Source: Escherichia phage LHE71
Strand: one strand, 5' to 3'
Length of the DNA: 50,158 nucleotides
Sequence record: OP455115
Shown here: positions 8,291-16,651 of the stretch, one piece after another
Position numbering within the stretch: position 1 is the first letter of the stretch
How the letters are laid out: every line of letters starts with the position of its first letter
Made by a program: the position numbers and the translations under genes
The notes under the pieces: model-generated
The model's database searches: none
Told to the model about the DNA's origin: nothing
What the model saw: only the letters and a program-made list of their open reading frames with translations

Positions 8291-8866
8291 TTACAGTCCA
8301 CATTTTTCTATATGCGCTTTCATCTGGCGAACCAGGTCGCGCACAGTGCTTACAGTCACATCACCTTGCTCAATGTCATCAATATCAGGAGTGAAAGAAT
8401 CAAGGCAGTCAGCCAGGCTAACTTTTTTCCGGCTGCGGCGCTTCTTCACCGGAACCTCTTCGTCACTCACCGAGATAGTAACGACTCGCAACTTCTCATC
8501 GTTCATGGTCACGCTAACCTTGACAGATTTGCCGATCTTGGAGAAGTGGCGCGATACGATCGGGGTGATGAATGAGGATTTAAACTTCTCGTTAATCTCT
8601 TCAGTCTTCCCTAACAGCCAGGACTCAGCATATCCGCTAACGGCATCGTCATCAGCGTCAGGAACTGACTTTCTCACTGCTGCCTCAGCCATCTGAGTAG
8701 CATCGAATGTGAACTCGGTATTCTCGCCATCACCATAAAGCTGGTCGCAAGCCGCCCGGATAACATCAGTCACCTTCGCCTCCTGGCGCTGGTTAACGGT
8801 CACGCCAGCTTTCTCGTAAGCTGCCTGGATTGCTGCCTGAACTGCATCTGATTGGTAAGAACTCAT
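8291..8866 (-). CDS. Hypothetical acidic protein, first gene of leftward early arm
   Basis: Start set at internal Met MSSYQ with SD AAGGAG; the longer ORF N-terminus has no SD. Confidence 0.55.
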   Translation of the reverse strand: MSSYQSDAVQAAIQAAYEKAGVTVNQRQEAKVTDVIRAACDQLYGDGENTEFTFDATQMAEAAVRKSVPDADDDAVSGYAESWLLGKTEEINEKFKSSFITPIVSRHFSKIGKSVKVSVTMNDEKLRVVTISVSDEEVPVKKRRSRKKVSLADCLDSFTPDIDDIEQGDVTVSTVRDLVRQMKAHIEKCGL

Positions 8867-8981
8867 AGCTTTCTCCTTAGTTTCAATATACACAATAATT
8901 AACGCGTAACAGCGTGTCTCTGATTGCAGTGTTACACGTCGACCCGCTTGTGTCAATGCTTACAGGCCGATTTTAAGTGTG

Positions 8982-9008
8982 GTTAATCGTGTTAATCGTG
9001 TTAATCGC
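8982..9008. repeat. Tandem 9-bp repeat (GTTAATCGT x3)
   Basis: Three direct copies in the divergent control region. Confidence 0.6.
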
Positions 9009-9120
9009 TTTTCCCATATAAATATGAGCCGATAAAACTACTGTATATATAAACATGAATATCATAATCAGAGCATCCAACGATTAACATAGTAGACACG
9101 CTATACAACCATGTTACAGA

Positions 9121-9196
9121 TAATATCATCTATATATATAAATAAAAAAAATACTTATATATTATATATATACATATATCTATATGTATATTATAA
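9121..9196. repeat. AT-rich (TA)n tract
   Basis: About 75 bp of near-pure A/T with TATATATA runs in the divergent intergenic region. Confidence 0.6.
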
Positions 9197-9216
9197 GGCG
9201 TAATTTGGCGTAATTT
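9197..9216. repeat. Tandem 10-bp repeat (GGCGTAATTT x2)
   Basis: Two perfect direct copies. Confidence 0.55.
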
Positions 9217-9285
9217 TGTCTACAATTGCGATTCAGGCAAATAGTATACAACTGTTAACACAAAATCAATTGTAATCGTAATCGA

Positions 9286-9300
9286 TAGCACGTTTTGCTA
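9286..9300. promoter_or_regulatory. Palindromic intergenic motif instance (TAGCACGTTTTGCTA)
   Basis: Inverted repeat in the control region; no obvious -10 at the usual 22-nt spacing. Confidence 0.35.
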
Positions 9301-9490
9301 AAAATGGAGGTGACTACCGGGCGAACCGGGTAACACTAATTCCTCCCTCTCACAATCATTGCATTCTAAGCAACAATCACATCAACAGTTGCACACCATG
9401 CAACAATCACATTTCATCATTCGCAATCAATCACAATCAAAATTATTCCAGATATTCCAGTATTGATGGAATAATGAGCAACTATTTGAA

Positions 9491-9505
9491 TAGCATTTTT
9501 TGCAA
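9491..9505. promoter_or_regulatory. Palindromic motif of rightward early promoter module
   Basis: TAGCATTTTTTGCAA, then 22 nt, then TATGAT (9528..9533), conserved leader, SD GAGGAAG, ATG at 9568. Confidence 0.5.
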
Positions 9506-9567
9506 AGCATCAGCCAGGTGAATCGGGTATGATTCATCTCATCAACCAATCAGTAGAGGAAGCAGCA

Positions 9568-9693
9568 ATGAGAGTTAAACAGATTTGTAGTCAGTGTGCT
9601 GGTCGTGGTTTTACTCTAGTCCCGTTATTCACTGGAGTCTGGACAATGCAGCGAATCACGTGTCCGGCCTGCAACGGTCAGGGTAAGCGATAA
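9568..9693 (+). CDS. Small zinc-ribbon protein (41 aa) with two CxxCxGxG motifs
   Basis: ORF absent from the supplied track (below its size cutoff); SD GAGGAAG 6 nt upstream; CSQCAGRG and CPACNGQG match the DnaJ-type zinc-finger repeat. Confidence 0.45.
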   Translation: MRVKQICSQCAGRGFTLVPLFTGVWTMQRITCPACNGQGKR

Positions 9694-9716
9694 GGTCAAT
9701 CAGGAGAATGCAACAA

Positions 9717-10423
9717 ATGAAATTAATCTGGTCACTATTTGACGGTTCAGGTCTTGCTGGTCATGAGCTGGCAAAGCAAGGTCACAAGGTGATGTGCTTC
9801 AACTTTGACGGAGCCGATCACGGTGATTACGCAAAGTACAATGCCAGAGTCGAGCATCCGAACATTGAGTATGTGAACGTCTTCATTGATGAGAAGTTCG
9901 AACGTGATGCTATCGCTGGCGTGTACGGAAAGCCGGATTTTATTATGGCCTTCCCGCCGTGCACTGACCTGGCTGTTAGTGCCGCCGCCGCCTCTTTGCC
10001 AGCAAGCGTGAACGTGATCCGTTATTCCAGGAGAAGGCTGTTGCCACCGCAAGGATTGCTGCGAACATTGGCGAGGCGCTTGGTGTTACTTACATCATTG
10101 AGAATCCGGTGAGCGTCCTGTCGTCTGCGTGGAGAAAACCAAATCACTCCTTCAATCCCTGGGAGTATGGCGGCTATCTTCCCGAGAATGACGTGCATCC
10201 CTGGTTCCCGATGTATATTGCGCCGCGAGATGCTTACCCGAAGAAGACTTGTCTGTGGACCTCTGACGATTTTGTCATGCCAAAAAGGAAACCTGTAAGA
10301 CTGCCTGACGGGTACTCTGCACAGCAAAACAAGCTGGGCGGCAAGTCTGCCAAAACGAAGCTGATACGATCCCTGTCGCCGCGTGGATTTTTCAAAGCGA
10401 TCGCAAATAGCACTTTTTGTTAA
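9717..10423 (+). CDS. DNA (cytosine-5)-methyltransferase-like gene interrupted by a -1 frameshift at a GCC repeat
   Basis: N-terminal frame has motif I-like LFDGSGLAG and motif IV-like FPPCTDLAVS; downstream frame has RDPLF and IIENPV (motif V/VI-like); frames switch within 9980..9992. Confidence 0.4.
10408..10422. promoter_or_regulatory. Palindromic motif of promoter module
   Basis: TAGCACTTTTTGTTA, then 22 nt, then CATAAT (10445..10450) and leader TACCTCATCGAAACGAG. Confidence 0.5.
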
Positions 10424-10482
10424 AACTCGAACGATATGATTTGGCATAATTACCTCATCGAAACGAGATTGAGGAAAACAAA

Positions 10483-10668
10483 ATGGCACGTCGCATCACT
10501 AAAGACCTTAAAGTTCTGAACAAAGAAAACGTAGTTAAAATTCTGGTTATTTGGGGTTACAACGAAGAGTCAGCAAAGCAGAAGGTCGAGGCTGGTTATG
10601 ACCTGGCTATCAAGGCAATGCCTAACGACGACGCTAAAGGTATTGCAAATTACGTATCTTTCTTCTAA
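10483..10668 (+). CDS. Hypothetical protein
   Basis: 61-aa ORF with SD GAGGAAAA. Confidence 0.5.
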   Translation: MARRITKDLKVLNKENVVKILVIWGYNEESAKQKVEAGYDLAIKAMPNDDAKGIANYVSFF

Positions 10669-10683
10669 TTAACAGGCCAGTAA

Positions 10684-10869
10684 ATGAAAACAAAATTAGT
10701 TCATAAATCAGAAATCAAGATCGGCGATACCGTGATTCACAACGGAGAGCTTAAAACTGTTGGCAAGGAGTCAATAACCAACGATGAATTTATGGGTTTG
10801 TTGTTGTTCGGGGACTCCTATCGACTTGGTTACAAAATGGTTGAGCTTGTTGAAGATGTAAAATTCTAA
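10684..10869 (+). CDS. Hypothetical protein
   Basis: 61-aa ORF; KOW-like GDTVIHNGELKTVG pattern. Confidence 0.5.
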   Translation: MKTKLVHKSEIKIGDTVIHNGELKTVGKESITNDEFMGLLLFGDSYRLGYKMVELVEDVKF

Positions 10870-10870
10870 A

Positions 10871-10885
10871 TAGCACTTTTTGCTA
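10871..10885. promoter_or_regulatory. Palindromic motif of promoter module
   Basis: TAGCACTTTTTGCTA, then 22 nt, then CATAGT inside a GGGAG/CTCCC hairpin, then conserved leader. Confidence 0.5.
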
Positions 10886-10944
10886 AACGAAAATGCGGGA
10901 GGGCTGCCATAGTTCTCCCATCAACAGAAAACGAGGCAATCACC

Positions 10945-11316
10945 ATGTTTAAACAATTCGTAGACCTGGACTTCTCAGCCAGCACAGCAATCCAGACTGA
11001 CGAGAAAGAGAACGTAGCGATCGATAACATTGCGCGCAAGATTTACAACAAGCAAGAGAGGGCAGTGAGAGTCGCTCTAAGCGCTTATTACGGTGTAAGT
11101 GATGCAATGGAGTGCGTGAACCGAGTAACCCGCGTGGTGGACCGTTTGGGCGTGTCTCGTTTCGTTGATAACGACACTGGCGAGACAATCATTCAGCTTA
11201 ATAATCCATCTATGCGTACCGAGCTTGGAAATATTGCATTATGGGGCGTGGCTAACTACTCAATCACTGTAAACTCCTGCATTGCGGATCGTGTTAAGGA
11301 GGCATTGTATGAGTGA
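10945..11316 (+). CDS. Hypothetical protein
   Basis: 123-aa ORF with SD. Confidence 0.5.
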   Translation: MFKQFVDLDFSASTAIQTDEKENVAIDNIARKIYNKQERAVRVALSAYYGVSDAMECVNRVTRVVDRLGVSRFVDNDTGETIIQLNNPSMRTELGNIALWGVANYSITVNSCIADRVKEALYE

Positions 11317-11509
11317 TAATATCTACCGCGTGGTTGCGATCTCACGCAAGACGCAGAAGAGCGTGATCGCTTACATGGGTAGTAGCGCCATTGAAGCTAC
11401 GGACGCCTTCGAATCATTGAAGAACAACGAGGGATTTATGAACACGTTCCTCGTTCGACTTGAGCGTCTCGAACCTGTTATCATTGATGAGGCGCGAAAG
11501 CTATCCTGA
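11309..11509 (+). CDS. Hypothetical protein
   Basis: Start at MSDNIYRV with SD AAGGAGG; overlaps upstream stop. Confidence 0.5.
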   Translation: MSDNIYRVVAISRKTQKSVIAYMGSSAIEATDAFESLKNNEGFMNTFLVRLERLEPVIIDEARKLS

Positions 11510-11525
11510 CTGGTTAGGGGGAATA

Positions 11526-11846
11526 ATGAACCATACTTACAAAATCACAACGAAGTCACCGAAGATTAACGGGAGCACGGTTGCAGCACTGAATAACGCG
11601 GCGGCAATTCACGAAAAAAATATCATGGAGCGCGTGAAGGCAGCGGTAGGTAGATTCTACGGGATCAACGCTGATATTGCCGACAGTAAACGACTATTCA
11701 AATACGTGCCAGGTCATCCATATAGCAGGATGATTGATATCAAGCATGAAAAAGAATTGGTTCGAATCGGATCGCTTAGCATTGACGAGTTCGACCATAG
11801 CATCAACCTGGTGACGGCGTATCAAACTTGGGACGGTAAAAAATGA
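11526..11846 (+). CDS. Hypothetical protein
   Basis: Start at MNHTYKIT with SD GGGGGAA. Confidence 0.5.
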   Translation: MNHTYKITTKSPKINGSTVAALNNAAAIHEKNIMERVKAAVGRFYGINADIADSKRLFKYVPGHPYSRMIDIKHEKELVRIGSLSIDEFDHSINLVTAYQTWDGKK

Positions 11847-11986
11847 TTTATATTCACACTTTCTATACTGGCAAATTTAACAGCGTAAAAAATGTTCGCG
11901 TTTACGATAGCCACCAAAAAGCAATGATGCAGAAAGTAGTTCTAGGTGGCACAATAAAAGAGTGCAAAGTAATTTCTGAGTACTAA
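11843..11986 (+). CDS. Small hypothetical protein (47 aa)
   Basis: ORF absent from the supplied track (below its size cutoff); ATGA overlap with upstream stop. Confidence 0.3.
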   Translation: MIYIHTFYTGKFNSVKNVRVYDSHQKAMMQKVVLGGTIKECKVISEY

Positions 11987-12001
11987 TAGCACGAATTGCT
12001 A
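11987..12001. promoter_or_regulatory. Palindromic motif of promoter module
   Basis: TAGCACGAATTGCTA, then 22 nt, then ATATAT-type -10 inside a GGGAGT/ACTCCC hairpin. Confidence 0.45.
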
Positions 12002-12063
12002 AAGACATACGATCGGGAGTGATATATATTACTCCCACACCAAAAGAAATAAAGGAATTAAAA

Positions 12064-12288
12064 ATGAGTATTAAAGTTGAGAATATCATCAAGCACCTGA
12101 ACGCGAGAGGCCGTGTAGTTATCAAAATGGATAAGTCTTCCGGTTTTATTTCAATGACGGTAACTAAGACTCGTAACGGTAATAACGTTATCGGCAGCAC
12201 GCCAGGCTCGCGCTTAGTAAATGCTACAGATGCGGATGTGCGCGCTACGCTTGAGGCTAACTCAATTTACATTAATTCATGGAGTTAA
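12064..12288 (+). CDS. Hypothetical protein
   Basis: Start at MSIKVEN with SD AAAGGAA. Confidence 0.5.
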   Translation: MSIKVENIIKHLNARGRVVIKMDKSSGFISMTVTKTRNGNNVIGSTPGSRLVNATDADVRATLEANSIYINSWS

Positions 12289-12501
12289 TTGATGGAGCGG
12301 GATAATTTCTGGACTCGTTATTTTGCCGCCCTTGATGCCGGGCTTAGTGCGGAATGGTGTATAAAGGTTGCATATAAAGAAATCACGCTTGATGACGCGC
12401 TAGGGAATATGGATATGGACGCAGAAAGCGAATATAATCCAGACTTCGAGTTACCTGGTGATGATATTGATGAGGACGACGACGATTATATTCCCTGGTA
12501 A
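12289..12501 (+). CDS. Hypothetical protein with acidic C-terminus
   Basis: 70 aa; C-terminal DDIDEDDDDYIPW. Confidence 0.5.
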   Translation: MMERDNFWTRYFAALDAGLSAEWCIKVAYKEITLDDALGNMDMDAESEYNPDFELPGDDIDEDDDDYIPW

Positions 12502-12503
12502 AT

Positions 12504-12518
12504 AGCACGATTTGTTAA
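12504..12518. promoter_or_regulatory. Palindromic motif of promoter module
   Basis: TAGCACGATTTGTTA, then 22 nt, then TGaTAAAGT inside an AAGGTCA/TGACCTT hairpin. Confidence 0.45.
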
Positions 12519-12581
12519 TATTGCCGTAAGGTCATTTGATAAAGTGACCTTATTCAAGATAACCAATCAGGAGCGAACGCA

Positions 12582-12998
12582 ATGAAATCCATCAAACTGA
12601 AATGCACTCACGCAGATAAAATTACAGGATTTGAAGTAAACAACCTATACAAAGGTCGTGAGCGCTATGATGGCACTCGCGAAGTAAAATTAAAATGTGG
12701 GAAGTATTTAAAACTTGAAAAGCATGATGAATTACAGATTCACGGATCTGATGAAATCTTATTCGCTAAGTTCACTGAGTTGAAAACAAAGACGCTCAAG
12801 TGCACCGGGCTTGACCATCGCAATCCTATGAAAAAATCATTCAAAGTTGGCAAGCGTTACCAGGTGGAAAGCGGTCGCGCTCTCGGCGGCGTAGCTGGTT
12901 ATATTTTTGATGAGGATGGTTGCCGTTGGACATTGTTTCGCGAGGAGATCGGTTTTAGCATAGCGGACGGTACAACCTTTGAGGCAAAATACTTATAA
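12582..12998 (+). CDS. Protein with two copies of the small paralogous domain
   Basis: 138 aa; repeated LKC...GK.Y..E.G pattern related to 4233..4871. Confidence 0.5.
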   Translation: MKSIKLKCTHADKITGFEVNNLYKGRERYDGTREVKLKCGKYLKLEKHDELQIHGSDEILFAKFTELKTKTLKCTGLDHRNPMKKSFKVGKRYQVESGRALGGVAGYIFDEDGCRWTLFREEIGFSIADGTTFEAKYL

Positions 12999-13003
12999 CC
13001 AAT

Positions 13004-13018
13004 AGCACTTTTTGCAAA
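13004..13018. promoter_or_regulatory. Palindromic motif of promoter module
   Basis: TAGCACTTTTTGCAA, then 22 nt, then TATCAT inside a CGGTGT/ACACCG hairpin. Confidence 0.45.
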
Positions 13019-13074
13019 ACGCGTGTACCATTGGCGGTGTATCATTTACACCGTCAACTAAGGAGTTTATTGTG

Positions 13075-14643
13075 ATGTTTAATATTAAGCCAAAACTGAA
13101 TTACCAACAGATTATTGAGATCGCCAATAGCACTGGAGTTAATCCGGTGGCGATCGCAATTCGTGAAAACAGCTATGGTGACTCAGTTTCATTTTGGCAA
13201 GATCCGATCGATATCAATAGCGGCAACGATAAGTTCCCTCTGATTTCGTTAGGTGGCAATAACTTGGTATTCGAATATGCAAAAGCAAAGGCCGAGTCTG
13301 TACAGTTCCCTGTTTCGTCTGCGTACGCTCATTTCATTGGGTGCATCTCAGCCGCGATGCTCGGGAAGTTTTGGGTGAAATATCACGGAGAAGAGCAACC
13401 GACCGCTCTTTACATGGTGATTAGCCAGCCACCTTCAACAGGTAAATCAGCGATCAACTCAGCGGCTATAACGCCTATGCGTGCAGAGATTCAGCGACTG
13501 AATGAAGAGCGCAAAAAGGAACGCACCCGATTAACCAGTCAGCTACGTCAGGTCGAGAAGGAAATTAAAAACGACCCGAAGGGTAACACGACGGCGGCGC
13601 TGTACGAGGACAAGGAAAAACTGGAAGAGAAGATTAAGAAGATGGCTGATATTGTTTTCGCGGTATCAGATCCAACACCTGAAGGTCTAGCTAAGGTGGC
13701 GGCAGTGCAAGGTCACTTTTCCGTAATATCTGACGAGGCAACGGCAATCAATACATTGCTCGGTCTTACGTATGGAGGTTCTGATAAGAAATCAAACAGC
13801 GAGCTTATCCTTAAGGCGTGGGATAAAAACCATATGGAGGTCGCGCGTTCAAATCAGGACAATAACTTATCTCTTTGCCCGGTCGGTTCGATCTGCGTCA
13901 TTGCGCAGGATGAAACAATCAAGGGTATCATGGACGCAGGCCAGCGCGGTATCGGTGTATCTGAGCGTTTCCTTTTGGTTCGCGAGGAGCCGCTTTTAGG
14001 TACTCGTATTCTTTGTGATGAAAATGGTGATGCACTGTATAAAGAAGTCGATCGCGGACTGGTTAGCAAATATTACAGACTCGTGCACAACATCATGAAG
14101 GAGGACAACGTTGTTCTCTCTGTGAGCCGTAATGCTATGCGTGAATTAAACCTTGCGCGCCAGGCGATGGAGCCTGATTTCGCCGCCGGGGGAAAATACT
14201 CTCACTCAATGCTTCGCGGTCATCTCGGCAAGTTCGATAAGCACGCCTTGCGTATTGCTTCAGTTCTCCACACGATCAAGAATTGGGAGGGTGAATCACC
14301 GAACCGTTCCAACCGTGAGATTGACCTTGAAACAATGCAGGAAGCAATCATGATCTTCAATGAGCTTTCCAGGACTTATCTGTCGTCTGCCAGCGCTGCC
14401 GGGTATGCTGGTGATGAGGCTGAATCTCGTAAGCTGATTGATGTTATCACTGATATCGCAAAGAAGAATAAAGGGCGCGCTCCTATTCATAGCATCGTTG
14501 CAAAGTGCCGGAACGTTACGCCGTTCAACGGTCAACAGAAAGTATCTGAGCGAATCGACAGCCTGCTGATTACGCTCGAAGAGATGAATTACACTTGCCG
14601 CATTGATGATATTGTTTTCATCAATCCTCGACTGATGGGTTAA
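13075..14643 (+). CDS. P-loop NTPase, putative replication/primase-associated protein (DUF3987-like)
   Basis: Start at MFNIKP with SD AAGGAG; Walker A PPSTGKS and Walker B-like VISDEA. Confidence 0.55.
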   Translation: MFNIKPKLNYQQIIEIANSTGVNPVAIAIRENSYGDSVSFWQDPIDINSGNDKFPLISLGGNNLVFEYAKAKAESVQFPVSSAYAHFIGCISAAMLGKFWVKYHGEEQPTALYMVISQPPSTGKSAINSAAITPMRAEIQRLNEERKKERTRLTSQLRQVEKEIKNDPKGNTTAALYEDKEKLEEKIKKMADIVFAVSDPTPEGLAKVAAVQGHFSVISDEATAINTLLGLTYGGSDKKSNSELILKAWDKNHMEVARSNQDNNLSLCPVGSICVIAQDETIKGIMDAGQRGIGVSERFLLVREEPLLGTRILCDENGDALYKEVDRGLVSKYYRLVHNIMKEDNVVLSVSRNAMRELNLARQAMEPDFAAGGKYSHSMLRGHLGKFDKHALRIASVLHTIKNWEGESPNRSNREIDLETMQEAIMIFNELSRTYLSSASAAGYAGDEAESRKLIDVITDIAKKNKGRAPIHSIVAKCRNVTPFNGQQKVSERIDSLLITLEEMNYTCRIDDIVFINPRLMG

Positions 14644-14647
14644 TGAT

Positions 14648-15055
14648 ATGCTTCTTCTTTTAGATCTATTCAGGTTCTGCGAAGGTTACGACAAATACAC
14701 TCGACAGCACATAGCGAAATTTATATACGCCCACAAGGAAAGTGAGCGATTTGCTAAGGCCGCCGGAATGACTCGACGTGAATTTACAAGTGCGTTATCT
14801 AAGGAGTTTTGCGCTCGTTGCGTTACTGAGGGTTACTTGGATCTCAAGGATGGATTTTACTGGTGCAAGGGAAAGATCAAACGCCCGGTAATGATGAAGC
14901 TGATGTGTATTGATGGCTACAACAATCGATATACGTGGGAAATGATGCACATTGGAGAAATGAGTGATGAGGATTTGTTTGGCGAACGTAGAAACATTGA
15001 TAGATCGGAACGTCGAATTGTGCGCAAGACTCCAGCTTACGAAAGAAGAATTTGA
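14648..15055 (+). CDS. Hypothetical protein
   Basis: 135-aa ORF, last gene of the plus block before the terminator. Confidence 0.5.
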   Translation: MLLLLDLFRFCEGYDKYTRQHIAKFIYAHKESERFAKAAGMTRREFTSALSKEFCARCVTEGYLDLKDGFYWCKGKIKRPVMMKLMCIDGYNNRYTWEMMHIGEMSDEDLFGERRNIDRSERRIVRKTPAYERRI

Positions 15056-15170
15056 GCAAGGGTTGTTGAGTCTGTTGCTCACTTCAATGAGGACCAACAA
15101 CGACAGTGAGCACAATCTTTGCGACCAGGAAGGTGAGTTGCTTCTCCATGTCAAAAGATACAAATAACAA

Positions 15171-15193
15171 AGGAGGCTAAGCCTCCTTTTTTT
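15171..15193. terminator. Bidirectional rho-independent terminator
   Basis: Stem AGGAGGC/GCCTCCT followed by TTTTTT; lies between convergent gene blocks. Confidence 0.6.
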
Positions 15194-15581
15194 CGTCCTT
15201 ACGAAGTGAAAAATAAACCAGCAATAGACCAATAAAAACGAGAATCCAGCCAACGATAGCGTCATACCAGTTTCCAGGCTTAGTCACAGTGATGCTTTCA
15301 GCGTTAACCGTGTTGGCCTTAATGGTTGACACCTCAATTGACTTCTTCACGGAAGAGTCAACCTTTCCTACATTGGACTTTTCAACTTTAACATCTCGCT
15401 TATCTTCGGATTTTGCGGTTACTCCTGCTAATTGCTTTGTGTTCTCCTCTCCAATCTGTGCTGTAACTTCAGGTTTAGATCCGATTAAACCGCTCAGGGC
15501 AGATGCCGTCGAGCAACCGGATAGAGAAATAACACCAACAGCCACTACAATAGCAACGCACGTTTTCTTCAGTCTCATCAT
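15177..15581 (-). CDS. Unimolecular spanin (T1 gp11-like)
   Basis: Lipoprotein signal with lipobox LSGC at N-terminus, C-terminal TM helix, directly downstream of endolysin. Confidence 0.6.
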   Translation of the reverse strand: MMRLKKTCVAIVVAVGVISLSGCSTASALSGLIGSKPEVTAQIGEENTKQLAGVTAKSEDKRDVKVEKSNVGKVDSSVKKSIEVSTIKANTVNAESITVTKPGNWYDAIVGWILVFIGLLLVYFSLRKDEKKEA

Positions 15582-16066
15582 AATTCCTTAACGCAATACG
15601 CGTATTCTTCAGCGCGTCTGTTCTTGAGTCCTCTAGACACTTCGCGCTTTTTGGTTTTTGGGTTGTAGTAGTATACCCATCGCCATAACTGATTGCACGC
15701 TTCCCTGTGCTTACCCTGATTTATTAGCTTAAGCATTGTAGAAGATCCGAACGCTCCAGTACCAACGTTGAAAGTGAAGCTATACAATGACGCGCGCATC
15801 GTTACCGGAATATCAACCTTAACCTTCTTGTCAACGTATCGCTGAGCGACGCCGATGTGTTTTATCAACAAAGCATCGCATTCTCGCTTAGTGTATTTCT
15901 TACCAGGTATGACGTCCGGCCCGGTTATTCCGCTGCATACGGTAGGGACTCCGGCGATATCGTAATAAACCTCGTATTCTATACCTTCGATTCGTTCCAG
16001 TAGGGTAGGTGTCAACGTCAAAGCTGCCCCGATTGATGCGCCTATAACGTTATTTTTTAAACTCAT
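15578..16066 (-). CDS. Endolysin, lysozyme (GH24-like)
   Basis: [23 protein letters not shown] matches the E...D...T catalytic region of lambda R / T4-type lysozymes. Confidence 0.75.
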   Translation of the reverse strand: MSLKNNVIGASIGAALTLTPTLLERIEGIEYEVYYDIAGVPTVCSGITGPDVIPGKKYTKRECDALLIKHIGVAQRYVDKKVKVDIPVTMRASLYSFTFNVGTGAFGSSTMLKLINQGKHREACNQLWRWVYYYNPKTKKREVSRGLKNRRAEEYAYCVKEL

Positions 16067-16281
16067 TATCTCCCCCTGATCTTAAGCGCCTTATTTAGAT
16101 CGCCATCGTTTAACGCTTCCTGAATTGCCTTGCTATCACGATACTTCCAGTACGCTCCCCAAGCGCCAAAAAGCAGAAAGCAAATGAATGTAGCGCCAGC
16201 AATATAAAGTTGACCTGTCGCCGCCCCTACCAACGAAGCACCGCCCGTGCTTGACGTAGCTGCTGTTAAAAATTCTTTCAT
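16066..16281 (-). CDS. Holin candidate
   Basis: Small protein with hydrophobic TM segment upstream of endolysin; start uncertain (ATG 16281 or TTG 16308). Confidence 0.45.
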   Translation of the reverse strand: MKEFLTAATSSTGGASLVGAATGQLYIAGATFICFLLFGAWGAYWKYRDSKAIQEALNDGDLNKALKIRGR

Positions 16282-16400
16282 AATCTCACCATATATTTTT
16301 TTGAACAAGTGAGTCGATTTTAACCTTCAAATTTACTTGATACAACGCAAAAAGGCCAGCATGTAAATCATGCCAGCCTGTAAGGTTATGAATGATATTG

Positions 16401-16577
16401 TTAATCCAGCTCAATAAATTCCAGGTAATGACCGTTCAGAGGAGCTTGGATTACTGAGCCTTGCCCGTCGTAAATCTCAAGCAATCCCCCACCGAAATCA
16501 TAACCAACACTATAGATCTGATTTACGCGGAATGGAAGTGTTTTGGAGTCATTTCGGATGCACTTAACTAGTTTCAT
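16401..16577 (-). CDS. Small protein, single copy of the paralogous domain
   Basis: Start at MKLVKCIR with SD AAGAGG; pattern KC..F.V.QIYSVGYD shared with 806, 4233, 12582. Confidence 0.45.
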   Translation of the reverse strand: MKLVKCIRNDSKTLPFRVNQIYSVGYDFGGGLLEIYDGQGSVIQAPLNGHYLEFIELD

Positions 16578-16636
16578 GATATGTAGCCTCTTTGTTTTCG
16601 ATGTGGTTACTATACCCGAATCCATTCGGGCATTTT

Positions 16637-16651
16637 TAGCAATTAATGCGA
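16637..16651. promoter_or_regulatory. Palindromic motif of promoter module
   Basis: On the minus strand TTGCTA, then 22 nt with CCCGAAT/ATTCGGG hairpin, then TATAGT (plus 16609..16614). Confidence 0.5.

Noticed and set aside
8867-8956. N-terminal extension of the 8291..8866 ORF
   Set aside because: Internal Met at 8866 has a strong AAGGAG SD; the upstream extension has none and runs into the control region
8982-9216. Short tandem repeats that could be mistaken for a CRISPR array
   Set aside because: Units are 9-10 bp and directly adjacent without spacers; no cas genes and no 25-40 bp repeat/spacer periodicity
13012-13074. N-terminal extension of the large P-loop protein ORF
   Set aside because: No SD before the first Met and the extension is read across the palindromic motif; the Met at 13075 has AAGGAG at good spacing
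16350-16385. Apparent hairpin GGCCAGCATG...CATGCCAGCC in the lysis-region gap
   Set aside because: The arms are mirror repeats, not reverse complements (two central mismatches), so no stable stem forms
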